From: Candidatus Velamenicoccus archaeovorus
GTDB taxonomy: Bacteria; Omnitrophota; Gorgyraeia; Velamenicoccales; Velamenicoccaceae
Assembly (NCBI RefSeq): GCF_004102945.1
Contig: NZ_CP019384.1
Coordinates: 720,001-752,000, forward strand
DNA length: 32,000 nt
Direction of reading: 5' to 3'
Below, piece after piece: positions 28,449-32,000 of the stretch. A program made the position numbers and the translations under genes. Under the pieces are notes generated by a model that was not told the DNA's origin, did not search any database, and saw nothing but the letters and a program-made list of their open reading frames with translations. Within the stretch, counting starts at the first letter, position 1, and each line of letters starts with the position of its first letter.

Positions 28449-29612
28449 ATGTTATCTAAGCGCGCCACACAGGTCGGTCCTTCGGCAACTCTCCAGATCA
28501 CGGCTACAGCCAAAAGAATGGTCAAAGAGGGTAAGGATGTTGTTGCCTTCGGAGCAGGCGAGCCTGATTTTGATACGCCGGATGTCGTTAAATCGGCGGC
28601 CGTCGCCGCCATCCAGTCCGGTTTCACTAAATACACCCCCACCTCCGGGATCCCCGAGCTTAAAGAGGCCATCGTTAGAAAGTTGAAGAACGATAATGGG
28701 CTGGACTATGAAGCCGGCGCCGTTGTCGTTTCCTGCGGGGCCAAGCATTCCCTTTATAATATCTTCCAGGTCATTGTGGACGCAGGGGATGAGGTCTTGA
28801 TCCCCGTTCCATACTGGGTGAGCTATCCTGAAATGGTCAAGCTTGCCGGCGGCAAACCTGTCTTCATCCAGACAAATCTCAAAGAAGATTTCAAGATCAC
28901 CCCCGAGAAACTGCGTTCCTGTGTCTCCAAGAAGACCAAAGCCCTTGTGTTGAATAGCCCATCCAATCCCTGCGGCGTGGTTTACCGTCGGCAGGAACTC
29001 AGCGCCATCGCGGATTTCTGTACAGAAAATAACATTTACTGCATCAGCGACGAGATCTATGAGAAGATCATTTTTGACGGCATCGAGCATGTTTCGATAG
29101 CGTCTTTGTCCGAAAAGATCAAGAAGCTGACGGTGACGGTGAACGGTTTTTCGAAATCTTATTCCATGACAGGGTGGCGTCTGGGGTATTGCGTTGCCGA
29201 AAGCGGAATCGCGAAGGCCATCTCCAATATCCAGGACCATTCGACGTCCAACCCGACGTCGTTCGTCCAGAAGGCCGCCCTTGCGGCCTTTTCGCTGGGC
29301 CCGGCATTTTTTGACGATGCCCGCAGGAAATTTCAGGAACGCAGGGATTATATCGTTTCGAGACTCGATAAGATGAACACAGTTCTTTCTTACAAGAAGC
29401 CGGAAGGGGCTTTTTATATCTTTGTGAATATCAAGAAGACAGGAATGGATTCGTTTGCGTTTGCCAAGCGTCTACTTGAGGAAAAATATGTGGCTTTGAT
29501 TCCCGGAGGACCGTTTGGCTGTAATGATTATGTCCGGATCAGCTTTGCGACGAGTATGGAGAAAATCAAGACAGGTCTGGATAGGATTGAAGAGTGGGTG
29601 AATCAGCTATAA
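28449..29612 (+). CDS. Class-I (aspartate/aromatic-type) PLP-dependent aminotransferase
   Basis: 387 aa, ...GAGEPDFDTP..., SPSNPCG, and the PLP-lysine context NGFSKSYSMTGWRLGY. There is no recognisable SD. Confidence 0.9.
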   Translation: MLSKRATQVGPSATLQITATAKRMVKEGKDVVAFGAGEPDFDTPDVVKSAAVAAIQSGFTKYTPTSGIPELKEAIVRKLKNDNGLDYEAGAVVVSCGAKHSLYNIFQVIVDAGDEVLIPVPYWVSYPEMVKLAGGKPVFIQTNLKEDFKITPEKLRSCVSKKTKALVLNSPSNPCGVVYRRQELSAIADFCTENNIYCISDEIYEKIIFDGIEHVSIASLSEKIKKLTVTVNGFSKSYSMTGWRLGYCVAESGIAKAISNIQDHSTSNPTSFVQKAALAAFSLGPAFFDDARRKFQERRDYIVSRLDKMNTVLSYKKPEGAFYIFVNIKKTGMDSFAFAKRLLEEKYVALIPGGPFGCNDYVRISFATSMEKIKTGLDRIEEWVNQL

Positions 29613-29685
29613 AAGATCCCTCGCTGCATAAGAGTTATGTTTATGGCAGCTCGGGATCATTCGCTGAAAAATTTTCTGAGGGCGA

Positions 29686-30948
29686 ATGATGGGTAAGACG
29701 ATAGCAGAAAAGATTTTAAGCAATCATGCAGGCCAGGATTTGAAGGCCGGAGATTTTGCCGTCTGCAACATCGACTTTTGTTTCGGGCAGGACGGGACGA
29801 GTGGTATCATCGTGGATCGTTTTCGCGCCCTGGGGATCAAAGAGGCCTTTGATCGCGGCAAATTTGCGATCGTCATAGATCATAGCGCCCCCTCGCCCAA
29901 TATGGGCGTTTCCGCCGTTCATAAGAAACTGCGTGATTTTTCCCGCGAGAAAGGGCTTCTCCTGTACGATGTCGGGTGTGGCGTTTGCCATCAGGTGATC
30001 CCCGAAAACGGACATGTGCTCCCCGGAGACCTTGTTCTTGGGGCGGATTCCCATACCTGTACCTATGGCGCCCTAGGCGCCCTTTCAACAGGCGTCGGCT
30101 CCACGGATTTGGCCATCAGTCTTGCTTGTGGCAAGAACTGGTTTAAGGTACCGCAGTCGATCAAGATTGTGGTTCACGGAAAGCTCGGCCGTGGCGTCTA
30201 TTCCAAGGATCTTATCCTGCATATTATCGGGGACTTGAAGGCAGACGGTGCCACCTACCAGTCGGTCGAGTTTTATGGATCCTGCATTGATGCTTTAAGC
30301 ATGGATGCGCGTTTTACTATCTGCAATATGGGCGTCGAGATGGGGGCGAAGTTCAGCGTTATTCCCGCCGATAAAAAAACGTTGGCATGGCTTTCCGGAC
30401 GTAATAAAATGAGAAAACCGAGTCCTCGCTACGCGGATAAGGATGCGGTTTACAGTCTTGTGAAGGAATATGACGCGTCCAGGATCGGGCCGCAGTTGGC
30501 CAAGCCTCATGCCGTCGACAACAATGCGGTTGTTGAAGAGCTCGTCGGAACCCATATCGACGAGGCCTATCTGGGGACATGCACCAATGGCCGCTTGGAA
30601 GACTTGGAGATCGCGGCCGGAATGCTTAGGGGCCGCAGGGTATCAAAGAATGTTCGTTTCATCGTGGCGCCGGCGTCGAGAAACATTTACCTTCAGGCCA
30701 TGAAAAAAGGCTTGATTGGTATTTTGGTCCAGGCAGGTGCCAGTGTCGTGACTCCCGGGTGTGGGCCATGCGTCGGGACGCATAACGGTGTGCCTTCAGT
30801 GGGCGAAGTGGTTGTTTCTACCGCTAACAGGAATTTCAAGGGTCGCATGGGCAATCCGGAATCTTTTATTTATCTCGGTTCTCCGGCGACGGTCGTGGCA
30901 TCTGCTATTGAGGGCTGCATTGCAGATCCGAGGGCATATTTAAAATAG
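29686..30948 (+). CDS. Aconitase-family dehydratase large subunit (3-isopropylmalate dehydratase LeuC / homoaconitase HacA type, ~420-aa form)
   Basis: 420 aa, MGKTIAEKILSNH..., GADSHT, GTCTNGRLEDL, and the Fe-S ligand context PGCGPCVG. No small-subunit gene follows it in the window. Confidence 0.88.
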   Translation: MMGKTIAEKILSNHAGQDLKAGDFAVCNIDFCFGQDGTSGIIVDRFRALGIKEAFDRGKFAIVIDHSAPSPNMGVSAVHKKLRDFSREKGLLLYDVGCGVCHQVIPENGHVLPGDLVLGADSHTCTYGALGALSTGVGSTDLAISLACGKNWFKVPQSIKIVVHGKLGRGVYSKDLILHIIGDLKADGATYQSVEFYGSCIDALSMDARFTICNMGVEMGAKFSVIPADKKTLAWLSGRNKMRKPSPRYADKDAVYSLVKEYDASRIGPQLAKPHAVDNNAVVEELVGTHIDEAYLGTCTNGRLEDLEIAAGMLRGRRVSKNVRFIVAPASRNIYLQAMKKGLIGILVQAGASVVTPGCGPCVGTHNGVPSVGEVVVSTANRNFKGRMGNPESFIYLGSPATVVASAIEGCIADPRAYLK

Positions 30949-30964
30949 ACGGCCGGATGCCGGC

Positions 30965-31093
30965 CCTGGCTTAAACACTTGTAAATTTCCCCTCCGGCCG
31001 GCTGAACCGGCCTTCGGGAAATTTACAGCGTAAACTGCGGAGTTCATTTTGCTGGGAACAAATACCCATCATAGACAAAATGAAGGAGTTCAT
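30965..31093 (+). repeat. Intergenic cassette copy C, upstream of pilT
   Basis: About 80% identical to copy B outside the hairpin tip. It has an 11-bp stem GTAAATTTCCC (30981-30991) / GGGAAATTTAC (31016-31026) with a nested GGCCGG/CCGGCC hairpin (30996-31012), and ends AATGAAGGAGTTCAT before the ATG. Confidence 0.7.
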
Positions 31094-32000
31094 ATGGAAC
31101 TCAGAGATCTATTGTTGCTGACAATTGAGAAGAAAGCTTCGGACCTTCATTTGACGGAAAATTCTCCGCCAATCCTCAGGATCGATGGTCGGCTTGTCTT
31201 GACGGACTATCCCAGATTGACACGGGATGATACGAAGAAGATGATTTATGCCATTTTGACCAACGAGCAGAAAGAGATATTCGAGAGGAACTGGGAACTG
31301 GATCTTTCTGTGGCCATGGCGGGGATGGACAGGTTTAGGGTGAATATTCATGTCCAAAGAGGTTCCGTGGAAGGCGCCTTTCGTCGCATCCCCCTGGAGA
31401 TCCCCAGATTGCAAGACTTGGGGTTGCCTCCTATTGTGGCTGAATTGGCGCGCAAACCCAATGGTCTGGTCCTGGTGACTGGTCCGACAGGCGTCGGCAA
31501 GACGACGACCATGGCGGCAATGATTGACCTCATTAATAGCGAACGCCAGGAAATGATCATTTCGATTGAAGACCCGATCGAATACTTGCATTATAACAAG
31601 AAGAGCGTGATCAAACAGAGAGAGGTTTATTCCGATACCAAGTCTTTTGCCGAAGCGCTTCGCCATGCATTGCGTCAGGATCCGGACATCATTTTCGTCG
31701 GAGAGATGAGGGACCTGGAGACCATTTCCACTGCCCTGACGGCCGCTGAGACGGGCCACTTGGTCTTGGCAACGTTGCATACGCCGGATGCGCCGCAGAC
31801 GGTCGAGCGTATCATCGATGTTTTTCCCCCGCATCAGCAGCAGCAGGTCAAGTTGCAGCTGGCAGACTGTCTGCAGGGTGTCGTTTCCCAGCTTCTTTTG
31901 CCGCGTGCCAGCGGCATCGGCCGTGTCGTCGCCACAGAGATCATGATCGGCACCCCGGCGGTCCGCAACCTGGTCCGCGAACAGGAGATCGAGCAGATCC
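31094..32000 (+). CDS. pilT: Type IV pilus retraction ATPase PilT (3' end outside window)
   Basis: Absent from the ORF track because it is open at the window edge. ATG 31094 follows GAAGGAG. MELRDLLLLTIEKKASDLHL..., Walker A GPTGVGKTT, DPDIIFVGEMRD, ATLHT. Confidence 0.92.
   Translation, partial: MELRDLLLLTIEKKASDLHLTENSPPILRIDGRLVLTDYPRLTRDDTKKMIYAILTNEQKEIFERNWELDLSVAMAGMDRFRVNIHVQRGSVEGAFRRIPLEIPRLQDLGLPPIVAELARKPNGLVLVTGPTGVGKTTTMAAMIDLINSERQEMIISIEDPIEYLHYNKKSVIKQREVYSDTKSFAEALRHALRQDPDIIFVGEMRDLETISTALTAAETGHLVLATLHTPDAPQTVERIIDVFPPHQQQQVKLQLADCLQGVVSQLLLPRASGIGRVVATEIMIGTPAVRNLVREQEIEQI

Noticed and set aside
1-32000. A novel multi-gene system (defence island, toxin-antitoxin, secretion or biosynthetic cluster) hidden in the window.
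   Set aside because: Every sizeable ORF on the coding strand is accounted for by a universally conserved housekeeping gene with clear motifs. There are no unassigned genes, strand switches, integrases or tRNA-flanked islands. The only unexplained content is the non-coding elements reported above.

Overview
The window is almost entirely a co-directional (+ strand) housekeeping super-cluster. It runs from the 3' end of rplL through rpoB and rpoC, the str genes (rpsL-rpsG-fusA-tuf), and the S10, spc and alpha ribosomal-protein blocks (rpsJ to rplQ, including secY, adk, map, infA and a 37-aa rpmJ that the ORF track misses). These are followed by a class-I aminotransferase, a LeuC/HacA-type aconitase-family large subunit, and the 5' part of pilT. 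I find no gene-level evidence for a novel defence, secretion or mobile-gene system. All long minus-strand ORFs are antisense shadows of conserved genes. What is unusual sits in the non-coding spacers. (1) A 142-bp MITE-like insert with perfect 14-bp terminal inverted repeats and a TAAG duplication lies exactly at the rplC stop / rplD Shine-Dalgarno junction. (2) A three-copy hairpin + promoter-like + RBS cassette is found upstream of rpsJ, rpsK and pilT. (3) A perfect 44-bp tandem duplication of a D-arm-like hairpin lies between rpsD and rpoA. (4) A dyad of 8-nt-periodic GTRTCA/TTGAYRC arrays fills the rplQ-aminotransferase spacer. (5) A 160-nt multi-stem leader precedes rpsM. Protein-level oddities are a CxC-x5-CxxC insert in EF-Tu, no L30 gene (rpsE overlaps rplO), a 32-nt rpoC/rpsL overlap, and long Lys/Pro/Ala/Glu tails on L17, L22, S3 and S13. 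Functional interpretations of the spacer elements are inference only. The sequence patterns themselves were read directly.
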